Below are positions 22,967 to 36,398 of a stretch of 64,000 nucleotides of DNA, piece by piece (position 1 is the first letter of the stretch; each line of letters starts with the position of its first letter). The notes beneath the pieces are model-generated. The model was not told where the DNA came from. It worked only from the letters and a program-made list of their open reading frames with translations, and searched no databases. A program made the translations under genes and the position numbers. This stretch comes from Lytechinus pictus (Eukaryota). The stretch spans positions 31,312,001 to 31,376,000 of the forward strand of contig NC_087245.1 in the NCBI RefSeq assembly GCF_037042905.1, given 5' to 3'.

Positions 22967-23551
22967 CCGTGCGAGTCAAAAAAAAACTTGACACCTCACA
23001 AATCCGCAATTTGATACCATTTTTATGTGGTATGTCTTCACGCTTGGATAATCAGTAGGTATTCTTTGCAGCGATGCAAAGTTTGATTTACGCCAAAGTA
23101 AGGCATGAATGCAATTAATGAACCCCAGATGCCAATGTTGTCATAATCCTTCATGGGTAAGTTAACATTTTTGCAAAGCCCTTTTCAATAATATTAACTT
23201 GAGAATTAATAGTGTTTTTTATTACAATTATAATGTAAATTACTGAAAAAGTATTTTGAAATGGAATTTAATGCAACCCTTGTAGGACTATGACATCATT
23301 GGCATCTGGATTCATTCATTTGCACTCATGCCTTACTTTGGTGCAAATCAAAATTTACATCACTGCAAAGAATACCTCCTGATCATCCAAGCGTTAACAC
23401 ATACCACATATATATATATATATATATGGTATCAAATTATTTGGAAGAACATACTATTTCAGGCCATATGTATGATAATTATGTGTTCATGACATATTTT
23501 TTCCTTACATTGAAGATTTGTGAGGTGACCATGTTTTTTTGACTCACATGG
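22967..23551. mobile_element. Foldback MITE (Tc1/mariner-like) with long internal inverted arms
   Basis: TA|CCGTGCGAGTCAAAAA ... TTTTTGACTCACATGG; arms ~23012-23150 and ~23283-23435. Confidence 0.65.
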
Positions 23552-23833
23552 TCTACTGAATGAATGTATACCAAAAGAAAAATCACTTTGAACATTGTAG
23601 CCGTGAATTACATATTTGTCATTGATTAAAGAGGAGTTTACCCTCACATCTTGTTTATTTCAATAGAAGCATAAACTTTGGCAACAATGACAGTTACAAC
23701 TTTTTATGGTGCCAAACATGCGAGCAGCTCACCGCTCATCGTATGTCATGTAATGTAAATTCTATTAATTGCCAATTATGAATGGTTCCTGAATGATCAA
23801 TTTTCCTTCGTAGAATGTATACGTGAAATGATT

Positions 23834-24361
23834 ATATTGACTGGCCTTGAGGGGAACGTCAAGTATATTGCCAGCAAAATAATCATATTGGCCTGAGTCT
23901 TTAGACGAGGGCAATATGGGTCTTTAAGGGCAATATGTTTGATGTTCCCCGAAAGGAGAACCAGTCAATATTTTTCTTATCATCCAAATCAGATATCTAG
24001 AGCAAAAATCATGATAATGGTGATATTTCTATTAAGAATAGAGTTCTATTGTGCCATGTTTATATCAGGGTCTAGGCTCTGCACTTTACCATTATGACGT
24101 ACTAGCAAGCGCCCGGATCCAGCGTTGTGACGTATATTGTTGGTGCGCAGATCATTATGAAGCGTATCTCTTTATACGCATCTTAAAATGCCCGGATGTG
24201 AGACCAGGGAAAATGCAAAGGTATGTTTTGCGTTGTCTGTGCATGCAAAGTCAATATGCGCATTGAGACCGAGGAAAATATACCTATTCCTACCCTATAT
24301 TCAGAAAATGTAGGGCAATCTGGTTTGTAATTACCAGCTCAGATGTCTGATACGGATAATA
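23834..24361. mobile_element. Hairpin + offset-IR element (same hairpin as 17943)
   Basis: Hairpin 23834-23971; TTATCATCCAAATCAGA pairs imperfectly with TCTGATACGGATAATA (24346-24361). Confidence 0.6.
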
Positions 24362-24504
24362 TGTTTTATTGTTAATACTTGATCGCATAGGTAAAGATAT
24401 TTTTCAATTTTCTGTGATATTTTATAGAATTGATACTCGTATATCATGTGATATATAAGGGAGCTGCTCACTTGTGGCTTTACAGATTTAAAACATTTAC
24501 AAAT

Positions 24505-24710
24505 CTGGTATCCTAGATCTTAGAACTGAGCGTTGTGGGTTCGAATTCCAACCATGACATTATTTCCTCCAGCAAGAAATTTACCCACATTTTGCTGCAC
24601 TCAACCCAAGTGAGGTACATGGCTACAAGGCAGGATGAATGTGCCAATCAAGAGGCAACTAGAAAATCACACCTCATAAATGCTATATGTTATTATTATC
24701 ATTATTAATC
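24505..24710 (+). mobile_element. Degenerate tRNA-derived SINE
   Basis: B box GGGTTCGAATTCC, CAGCAAGAAATTTACCCACA...GCTGCACTCAACCCA, (TTA)n tail. Confidence 0.6.
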
Positions 24711-24993
24711 TTGCCAAACCTTTGTTGATAATTTCTTTTATTATTATTCTGGGTTTTGTTTCGCCCACCAGAGGTGAATTCAAGAAAGGAATATATCAAG
24801 ATTTCACAAGCAACTTACAATCAATTGCAAATCAGTTTCAGTCCCAATATCAATCCCATCTCTTGCAATTATTTGCAAATTTGTAGTTGAATACAGGGGC
24901 CCGTCTTACAAAGAGTTGTGATTGATCCGATCGATCGCAACTATGGAAAGCCATCAACATCTGAAATACATGTTTGTTCAAAAAACATTTCTA

Positions 24994-25802
24994 GTTCTTG
25001 TTCAGTTTGGTAGATCTATTGCTGGGGTACCAACCAAACCTGGGCCATAGATTCACTGGGGATACCTTCATGCCATGGTGGTGTCGTAAACAACATTACA
25101 TGGCATGATTATTTGGGTCATCGGCATTCATTCATTTTGAGGAGGATGGAGTAGCACAAGGTATTATATTTTCTAGAGTGGTTGTAGAGTCCCACTCTAG
25201 AGTGGCAGTTTCAAGAGCAATTAGTACAGATTAAAGAGGTTGGTGCTGAATCAGATGCTGATAATGCTGGCCTCGCCTTCCTCCAGTCTCTTTTGAGTCC
25301 TGCAACTCTTGTGACCAAAAAAATTACTTGTGTAACCAGTATACAGCTTGGGAAGTATTTATTTGATCACATTCCAATACTATTTCCTCACCAAAATACT
25401 GATTTTCAGCTTTGAAAATACTGAAATGTTCTTGTTCAGTTTGGCAGATCTGTTGCTGGGGTACCAACCATACTTGGGCCATACATGTAGATGCACTGGG
25501 GATACCTTCATGCCATGGTGGTGTCGTAAATAACATGGCATGATTATTCGGGTCATCATCGGCATTCATTTATTTTGAGGAACGATGGAGTAGCACAAGG
25601 TATATTTTCTAGAGTGGTTGTAGAGTCCCACTCTAGAGTGGCAGTTTCAAGAGTAATTAGTACAGATGGAAGTTGGTGCTGAATCAGATGCTGCAATTGC
25701 CTTCCTCCCAGCTCTTGTGAGTCCTGCAACTCTTGTGACAATTTTTTTTATTTACTTGTGTAACCAGTATACAGCTTGGGAAGTATTCATTTGATCACAT
25801 TC
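24994..25802. repeat. Direct tandem duplication, period ~434 bp
   Basis: 24994-25373 matches 25428-25802 (GTTCTTGTTCAGTTTGG ... TTGATCACATTC). Confidence 0.85.
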
Positions 25803-26340
25803 TATGGGCGATTGGTAGAAAAGTGGTATAATATTTTTCTCCCAAACTGTATATATAGATACAATTATGTTGTGTCATTGAGATCACATTGTTGATTTGG
25901 CTTTCAAACTTGGGGTTCATTCGTGTTATCTTGCCTTCGGAGGTCACGTTGAAAGCTCAGAGATCATTGTTATATTTGTACTTGCAAGGTCTTGTATGAC
26001 AATCACCTTGCAGAAATCCAGATAGCAGCTTGTCATTAAGCTAAACTGGAATATCAATGCAACGTGTTGGCAGAGGGACAGTTCATGTTTACAGCGGAGA
26101 ATGAGGCTTATTATTGACAAAAATATGGAGATGTGCTGTAGAAACCAAGATACGGGGTCTAGAGGAACTTACACCTGACCAGAGGAGGTATTACATGGAT
26201 GATAGGTAGAGCAGGCTCCTGGAAGGTGGTCACTGTTGGAGATGTTACTGCGGCAGTTGCATGGTAACTCTAGTTGCAACCAATCCTGGGATATCGATGC
26301 TCTGACAGAACCTGCATTTTCATTTATGTACATGATGATG

Positions 26341-26460
26341 AAAGACATTCAAGAAACTGTCAAGCGAGACTGCATTGACTTCTTGGTGTGGGAGTTTGTT
26401 CCAGTCATGGACAGGTCATTGATCATAAGCAAAATTATTGATGTTAGTTTTTGATGTCTG
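26341..26460 (-). mobile_element. CR1/L2-like LINE RT C-terminal remnant
   Basis: Minus strand: ...PVHDWNKLPHQEVNAVSLDSFLNVF (DWNxLP..V.A.SL.SF-type C-terminus). Confidence 0.4.
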
Positions 26461-27003
26461 AAAGCATGTACATGTATTTTTTTGGTTCTAGTTACAGAAG
26501 TGCTTAAGGTAAAGAAAGAGAAATCGTCCGTGTAATGACTGATTGTGCATTGATGATTAGCTCTTTGTATAAAATGTTTTTGAAAATGAAATTCATTAAT
26601 CTACATTTATGAAATACATGAAGAGTAATACGCGTATGACACCGTAATTTTCTCATTGCATTCATAGGGGCAGTGATTCGCCGTTAGAAAAAAATTGTCC
26701 TTTCTGTTCTGTTTCTGAAATCTGTAATTCCACTTCAAACTTGATCTGAAATGGAAATTCTGTTTTTATCATTAAAAAATGTACATATCGAAAACATGAA
26801 TTCTGTTTTGATTTACCAGGATAAATGGAAAATCACTTTCCCTGTGCTGTACATATCATTCTTGTATGGAAAATAAAATTTAAAAAAGTAAAACTGACAT
26901 CTTCCATTTGTTTTACAACCTATTTTGAAGGTGTTCCTTTTATAGATTTGCTTTGTTCAAATCAATTTTATGTTGGGTAGACTTGATGTCTAAAAGACCT
27001 TAA

Positions 27004-27788
27004 AGGAGAATGAAACCCTTGAAACCAGCTGAATCCATATCAAAGATAAAAATCAAAGAAACATATTGTTGAAAGTTTGAGGAAGATTGAATGAATAATA
27101 AGAAAGTTATGAGCATTTGAAAATTGAGATCACTAAGGCCATGTAGATCCTCCCATTGGCAATGCAACCAAGATCTGTGATGTCACACACGTACAACTCC
27201 CTCATTACTTTAGTACTTATTTCACTTATATTCTCACTTTTATAGAGTCTATCACAAGGTGAGGTGTTCTCTTTATGAGAGGACAAGTACAGAGGTTTCA
27301 CAACATTATATCAATGATGAATCGTTTGTCATATGATTAGAATGAGCAAAAAGAGATGTTTTGGGGTACATTTTCAGTGTCCAAAAGGGGAGAGTTGTCC
27401 AGTTTTGGACACTGAAAATATACCCCAAAACATCTCTTTTTGCTCATTCTAATCATATGACAAACGATTCATCAATGATATAATGTTGTGAAACCTCTGT
27501 ACTTGTCCTCTCCGTCATAAAGAGAACACCTCACCTTGTGATAGACTCTATAAAAGTGAGAATATAATTGAAATAAGTACTAAAGTAATGAGGGAGTTGT
27601 ACGTGTGTGACATCACAGATCTTGGTCGCATTGCCAATGGGAGGATCTACATGGCATTAGTGATCTCAATATTCAAATGCTCATAACTTTCTTATTATTC
27701 ATTCAATCTTCCTCAAACTTTCAACAATATGTTTCTTTGATTTTTCTCTTTATATGGATTCAGATGGTTTCAAGGGTTTCATTCTCCT
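27004..27788. mobile_element. Near-perfect ~785-bp palindromic TTAA-flanked element (Kolobok-like)
   Basis: TTAA|AGGAGAATGAAACCCTTGAAACC ... GGTTTCAAGGGTTTCATTCTCCT|TTAA; arms ~385 bp with a ~15-bp spacer near 27395. Confidence 0.85.
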
Positions 27789-30750
27789 TTAAGGTTCATA
27801 TCATGCCTTGATCGATGCCATCATAAGGATGTGTGGTACCCCAAAAAAGGGATGCCTCCCCCCCCCCCCCCAGATATTTTCCAAATTATCATATGAAAAG
27901 GGAGAAGAGGAAAGTTGAAATAAGAAGGAATAGACATAAAGAAGTGTAAAAAAAGAGGTCTTTTTCATGTAACTCTATATCAAATTGATAGAAAAAATGA
28001 TCAAAATATATGTTCCTCACACTGCTCCTAGTTATAACTGGAAAAACTATATACTTCAGATCCCTGCTATTCAAGAATATATCTTTGACTCAAATATGTA
28101 CTTCTATTACAGAAATATTGTTAAAAAATGTGTCCCTAACGACTTCATTCTTACACACACAGGCTAACTGTGATCTATATTTATTCATTTTCTATGTGTA
28201 CATGTTTACCTTTTGTATTTTAATTTCAGTCTTTTATATAAGTGTTCTTTATAGCTTTGATGCTTAATTGCCTCAGCAAATGAAATGTTGTTCTCATTCA
28301 AATGAATCGAGCAGGAGTTTGGTCTTCAACTGTACATTTGCATAAACCATGGCTTTATTATTATTAATCTATTGTGCAGCTAATATTTGACATGTGATTT
28401 GTTCAACTCTTTTTTAGGTCTCAAAGCAATGGAGACAAGGAGACAGAGCGAGAGAGAAAAAAAGGGAAAGAATGAGAAAAGGAGAGGGAAGTGGATGGAG
28501 AGAAGTGGAGGGAGGGAGAGGGGGATAGAGTGGAGGTGAAGGGACGGTCTAGAGTCGAAGAGTAGATATGGGAGAGGAAGGAGGTATAGATGGAAAGGGG
28601 GAAGGAGAGAAACAGCTCGAAAAGATAGTGAAACTGTCGATCCCATCAACTTGAATAATATTGTCCTTTCAGAAAAGGGGAAACCATTTCAGTTTTCGCA
28701 CAAGAATGCGAGTTCTCACTACACAAACATAGTCCTTGACCTGTGTAACTTCGACACAACGCGACATGAAATCAGAGCAATGATTGTTCGCATTATTTTA
28801 CAAAAAAAGACAGATTTAGCGTAGACATGCATTTGGAAAATGTTGACATTGAACTGCACACATTCAACAGTATCCTTTCATGTTGGCCGAGGCGTGCCGA
28901 CGACATAGAAATAAATAACTTTGGATTGGGTACGAAGGTATTTTTGCATCAGGGGATCGCCCTATGCCCGGGAAAGCAGCGGATTTTCGGATATTGCCAC
29001 GAGAGTTGAATTACCGTCCCCTCTCTTCCCATGATAAGATCACATAAATTGTTCTTTCTTTTTTTTATTCATTCAACGCCTTAATTTTCATTGAATACCC
29101 TTAAATTTCTGACTGATTTGACTTTTTAAGTGCAAAATCCTTGACAGAATAATTCCAAAATTAAAGTGGATATTTCATCTTTTAATTTAGCTCTTTCCTC
29201 ATGAATTTTAGTTATCACTTATGATTTATAAATTTGCGTTCTCAATGGGCGGATGATTTTTGCGGGGGGGGGGGGGGTAAATGACCCTGAAGTGGTTTAT
29301 TTATACTCAGTTGAATATAATGGGTCTTTTAAAAGGAACGCACCCATACCTGTCGTTTTTATACTCTACTTATGACTCTTTTTCTCTCCTCTTTTTTTTT
29401 TTAACCCGCAGAGGCGAACATATTTTAGACTTATGCTGTTTTTTTAGTTATGTTTAATCGCTCTGAACTTGTTTGCACTTCATACGTTAACAGTCCGCAG
29501 CATCTACCCCATTTTCTTTTTATCAATCATTCGTCCGTGACTAATAGAAAAAAGCAAGGCAGTTTTTTTTTCATGTCTCGCTCAATGTCATCTTTTTCAG
29601 ATCACCTCTTTTTGTCATGTCGCCATTGTCCTTTTTGGTTCTCATACTTACTCACGTGAAAGGAATTCTGATAAGGATCAAGTTCCACTTACGTGTACAT
29701 TTTAAAAGAAAAGTTCATACTACGAGCTAATAAGTCTTGAAACTGCGACGCAGGACGAATCCGAACACACTTAAATGCAAGTCAAATCACAATCAACAGC
29801 TGGGAGGTCTTTGTCGAAAATTGGTGAACTGGAATAGCAGATCCATCTTATTAAAGTTTCATCTAACTTCTGAGCGAAATGTAGCCCTACTCTCCACCCA
29901 GTCATCGTTGAAAGACGTTGAGTGTAGATTAAGCCACCTTCGATTTCCATAACCACTGGCATGATATAGATAGGCCTAGGTAGAGACACTGCCCACCCCC
30001 CCCCCTAAAGAAATAATTTTTGGATACTGAAATAGCAAGTATATTATATCGACACCGTTCACCAATATATCAACATGAAAAGGTGACACGGCCCCTTTAA
30101 TACCTGTACAGAACAACACACACACAAAAAATAATAAAATTGATCTGTACACCGCCTACACAATTCGACTATGAATATAATGATTTTCGGAGATAATAGA
30201 TGAACGATTCCGTGAATAATGTCCACTGCAAACCGAAATGTGTTTGTCATGTTCCGTTGAATCGAAATCCCTTGAAAGATTGCGCAGAGGTTCTTTTGTA
30301 GTAGGGTGAAGTAGAAAGAATTACTCGGCTACGAAACTTACAGTTTTTTTTTTTTTTTGGGGGGGGTTGGGGGAGGCACCTATTGTTCTTAAGTGTTGAT
30401 AGCTTTTGACATTGGTATGTGATGTGACTAGGGTTTGGGGAGTACTGTACTCCCATTCAATAATTTGTCTGTCTGTCTCCATCCCCCGCTGCATGTACGT
30501 CCCCCTTATTTTTACTACCCCGGCCCCCCCTCTCTCTCTCTCTCCTATTTTGTTCTCAATTTCAAAAGGGTATATCATGAGACTGCACACAAACATTAGG
30601 GTGTGTAATAAAAGAGAAGTTCAGCATTCCTCTGCGGTTTGAAATAGATGGGTTTTCATTTTACACCCGTGAAGGAGGAACATATACAATCGTTTCCACA
30701 AATCGCGGTCTTTCATCTTCATTAATTGCTGTTATAATATTTGATTGACA

Positions 30751-30761
30751 ATGGCGAACGG
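30751..30761 (+). CDS. CUB-LDLa gene exon 1 (start, MANG)
   Basis: ACA-ATG-GCG-AAC-GG|gtatgt; phase 2 matches exon 2. Confidence 0.6.
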
Positions 30762-33700
30762 GTATGTTGTACATTTTAATCCTTCTTTGCATAAGTTCGT
30801 CTTTCTTTGCTTTCTAAAATTACCTAAAATATCCGGATAAATTCGGTAAAAAGGTATATGTATCTCCACAAATGGATTAATAAAAACATTGGGGCGACCC
30901 ATTTTGAAGCCAATTGTTACGGGTGTATAAAAATGAGGAAACCCGAATATCGTGTTTTTTTTAATGATAACTTAAGATGACGATGATCAAGATAATATCA
31001 ATCAGTATTCGAAATAAGTTTTAGGTTTCTCTGGTCATTTACACACTGCGTGGTTAAAAAGTTGTGTCAGATTGCAGGTGTTTCCCTATTATAATCGGGA
31101 AATCGACCTTTTTGCCACGAAGAATTAGAATACTCTATCCAGGCCTATATCAATTGCATTATGCTTATCACTATCAGGCATCTGAATGGAAGTTTCTAAT
31201 TGTTATTCATTTTAAGAAAAAAGGGGTTTCAGATGAGGAATATATTTTTATGTGCTCAACAAGCTTTGCTTTTATACAGACCAACTCTTTCCCATACTGT
31301 ATATCTGTTATTCTCAACAAATTGTTCATGAGCTTATTACTGTTTTTTTAACATCATTGATATTGTACATGAATGAATGTATTTGTGTACTGCAAAAACT
31401 CTGGTGTTAATTTATCACCAGCCCGGAATCTATATATGTCAACACCAGAGAAGTGTTAAACAACACCAGTTTCGTTTTGGTCTAACACGTACCAGATAGG
31501 TGTTTATACAACACCAATTAGTATTAAAACAGCATCTATTTGATTCCAAACTGGTGTTGTTTCAATACTTCTCTGGTGTGGACATATATAGATTCCAGGC
31601 TGGTGTTAAATCAACACCGGAGTTTTTGCAGTGTGCCTTTCAGTGGAAAGAAATAAACTTGAACTTGAACTTCCATGTTTGAATATTATGTATACATTAC
31701 AAATAATGCGTTTAATTACCAAAGTGCATGATAAGTAGCTGCATATTGGTAATATTGTTTTATAACAATGGTCATAAGTGACTTGCGCTCTCAAAACCGA
31801 ATTGAATAATAATTCAAATCTACTTTCTTCTTTTCAATTGATATTTTAATAGAAATGTGATTTCTCTTATATTTAAAAGTTATCTTTCTTTTTTTCATCA
31901 TGTATTCATTTCATCAATGAAATTTCTCAAAAAAAAACATGATGAAGCCATAAAATTTGATTTTTCATAACAATGATCATAATCATCGTTGCGTAAGTAA
32001 CATAGTATAACATACACAATGTAATTTACACAACGATGCCATTTACTATGTACATACACAATTATGTCATTTACTATGTACTTTACACAACAATGTCATT
32101 TACTATTACACAACGATGCCACTTAATACGTAACTTACACAACGATGCCATTTAATATATGTAACTTACACACTGATGTCATTTACTATGTAATTTACTC
32201 AACGATGTCATTTACTATGTAATTTACACAACATTGTCATTTACTATTTAACCTACACAACGATGCCAATTAGTTATTATACGTAACTTACACAACGATT
32301 CTATTTGCCTTGTAACTTACACAATGATGTCATAAATTTACTAAGTAAATTACACAACAATGTCATTTACTAAATAAACTTACACAACGATGTCATTTAC
32401 TATGTAACTTACACAACGATCTCATTTGCTATGTAACTTACACACCGATGTCATTTGCTAGGTAACTTACACAACGATGTCATTTACTATGTAATTTACA
32501 CAACAATGTCATTTACTATTTAACCTACACAACGATGCCAATTACTATACGTAACTTACACAACGATTCCATTTGCTATGTAACTTCCACAATGATGTCA
32601 TTTACTATGTAAATTACACAACAATGTCATTTACTTTACATAACTTACACAATGATGTCATTTACTATATAATTTACTCAACGATGACATTTTCTATGTA
32701 ACTTACACAACGATGCCATTTAATACATAACTTACAAAACGATGCCATTAACTATGTAATTTACACAACGATGTCATTTACTATGTAACTTACACAACGA
32801 TGCCATCTGCTATATGTAACTTACCCAATGATGTCAATTACTATGTAATTTACACAACGATGACATTAACTAAATAACTTACACAACGATGCCATTTACT
32901 ATGTAGTTTACACATTGATGCCATTTACTACGTAACTTACAGAACGATGCCACTTACTACGTAACTTACACAACGATGCCATTTAATATATGTAACTTAC
33001 ACACTGATGTCATTTACTGTGTAATTTACTCAACGATGTCATTTACTAAATATACTTACACAACGATGCCATTTACTACGTAACTTACACAACGATGCTA
33101 TTTACTATGTAACTTACACAACGATGTCATTTACTATGTAACTTACACAACGATGTCATTTACTATGTAACTTACACACCGATGTCATTTGCTATATAAC
33201 TTACACAATGATGTCATTTACTATGTAATTTACACAATAATGTCATTTACTATTTAACCTACACAACGATGCCAATTACTATACGTAACTTAAACAACGA
33301 TGTCATTTATTATGTAACTTACACAACGATGTCATTTACTATGTAACTTACACAACGATATCATTTGCTTTGTAACTTACACAACGATGTCATTTGCTAT
33401 GTAAGTTACACAATTATATCATTTACTATGTAATTTACACAACATTGTCATTGACTATTTAACCTACTCAACGATGCCAATTACTATACGTAACTTACAC
33501 AACGATTCAATTTGCTATGTAACTTACACAATGATGTCATTTACTATGTAAATTACACAACAATGTCATTTACTACACATAACTTACACAATGATGTCAT
33601 TTACTATATAATTTACTCAACGATGACATTTTCTATGTAACTTTCACAACGATGCCATTTAATACATAACTTACAAAACGATGCCATTAACTATATAATT

Positions 33701-36339
33701 TACACAACGATGTCATTTACTATGTAACTTACACAACGATGCCATTTACTATGTAGCTTACACAACGATGCCATTTACTACGTAACTTACACAACGATGC
33801 CATCTGCTATGTGTAAGTTACACAATGATGTCAATTACTATGTAATTTACACAACGATGACATTAACTATATAACTTACATAACGATGCCATTTACTATG
33901 TAGCTTACATAGCGATGCCATTTACTACGTAATAACTTACACAACGATGCCATTTGCTATGTAACTTACACAATGATGTAATTTACACAACAATGTCATT
34001 TACTATGTAACTTACACAACGATTTCATTAACTATGTAACTTACACAACGATGTCATTTACTATGCAACCTACACAACGATGTCATTTACTATGTAACTA
34101 ACACATCGAAGTCATTTACTATGTAACTTACACAACGATGTCATATACTATGTAGCTTACACAACGATGTCATTTACTTTGTAACTTACACAACAATGCC
34201 ATTTACTACGTAAATTACAGAACGATGCCATTTGCTATGTAACTAACACATCGATGTCATTTACTATGTAACTTACACAACGATGTCATTTACTATGTAG
34301 CTTACACAACGATGCCATTTACTACGTAACTTACAGAACGATACCATTTGCTATGTAACTTACACAATAATGTCATTTATTACTATGTAATTTACTCAAC
34401 GATGTCATTTACTATGTAACTTACACAACGATGCCACTTTACTACGTAATTTACACAACGAAGTCCAACATGCGTCCAAACAAATCGGATGTTTACTCTT
34501 TCCATCGTTATAATTATCATAACGGCACTTCTTTTGGAAGTTATATTGTATCTATATAAATATCATTGATTTTTTTATATTGATTATTGATGAGAACTGC
34601 AATCAATCCAAGGACTGATTTAGTGGTGAACATACACAAGTGCAACGATGCTTAAACGATAAGTATAGATTGCTGAAAAAACGATGAACATAGATCGCTT
34701 AACGAAAAAGAAAATATACAAACAAGAAATAAAATGAAAAGTGGTGTTGGTTAAAATCAACCAAAAGAAAAAAAAATTATGTGACAACTCATTACAAAAT
34801 ATTTGGATGCATTTTATGAAACAATAAATTACAAGAAGTTTGTATTTTATTTTTGTTTTTTTTAATGATAATACTAAACGATCGACTACTGTAAATTTCA
34901 GGTTATGTAGGATGTTAACTGTCCCTATAATTAGTTCAATTGTAAAAGGTCTATCAATTTTTTATTATGCGAATGGCTTTATCTGAATGTGAAAAGGAAT
35001 CAAGATCATTTATACCCACTTGGTCTAATTCTCCTATCTATATATATTTTGTTCGAGACATATTTTTTTTAATCATGATCATGGTCTAAATCACCTTGGT
35101 TTACTTTACCAGTTTGGCGGAAGTACCGCTCTGTAAAAACGCTGTTTTAAACACGTTGTTTAAGCCCGTCACTCTAACGACTACTGTTTAAACTTTTTAA
35201 AACAACTGTTTGAACTTTTTAACCAACTGATTAAACTTTTTAAACAAGTTGAACATTTTTAACAATTACAAACAAGTTTAAACAACTTTTCGTTAGAGTG
35301 ACAGGCTTAAAAAACGTGCTATTTTTACTGTTCGTTTGGTCTAATCATCACTTGGCTAACTGCCATTTATTCTAATGCCGAGATTGTCTACTTTCCTTCC
35401 CGTCTACATATTATTTTGAACTTTGTTCAATGAAAATTTGGTTCGTAAAAAGATAGGCCTATAGACCAGGTGGACTAACTGAATATTAGACAAACTGGTC
35501 TGTGAGCTACATTGTAATTTGACCAAATGATCAGTACTGTAGACCAACTGGTTGTAGACGAATTGGGATTATACCATCCGGGATGAGACCCAATGAAAAG
35601 TAGACAAAGCTCGTGTGGACCAAGTGGTAATTTACCAAAATGGTCAGTAGACCAATTGGTTTACTTTTAGACGAACTGGGAGTAGACCATGCGGGATAGC
35701 ACCAAACGAAAAATTAAAAAAAGTGGGTAAACCAAGTGTCAATAAGTTTATTCAGGTGGTGGATTAATTTCTTTTCCTGAACATTCAAACTTTATCTTTT
35801 TTTTATCCTGTAGCCCGTATTTTTCTTCTTTTCTCCATCAGTCATCACTTCGAGTCTGGCGTGCCGATTGTCAAGTCGAAAGGAACACCGACTTCGGTGA
35901 TTTGTGCAGTACTCGTCATCGTGCTCATAACCGTTGCCGCTCTCGTTGGCATCGCGATGCACATCTACACCTTAGGTGAGATCTCAGAGAGAGAGAAAGA
36001 AATTGGAGAAAGATAGAAATCAAGAAAGATGGTTATTAATAGAAAGAGGAGGATGGGGAGAAAGCAAGAAAGAGGGATTTAAAGAGAGGGGGGAGGGAGA
36101 GTTGGGGAGAAGCAGCGGGTGGAGATGAGGACGAGGGGGTTGAGGATACTTAATGAACTTTTTTTTAAATACTTTTGATTACTATATATTTCATTTTATT
36201 TTATTCTATTTTAATATTTTACTTATTTTATCAAAAAAAAAAAAAAACAGAGAAGCCCATTCAACAATATGTTGGTCTCCCACAGGCCATGTGACAATGT
36301 ACATAAAGAAACATTACTTAACAGACATTATAGCATAAC

Positions 36340-36398
<59 letters not shown>

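Noticed and set aside
25800..26340. Minus-strand coding exon
   Set aside because: Frames are interrupted by stops and show no recognisable motif; probably decayed repeat sequence.
32015..34463. CRISPR-like array (29-bp repeats)
   Set aside because: Units are head-to-tail with no unique spacers, there are no cas genes, and the array lies in a eukaryotic intron; it is a minisatellite.
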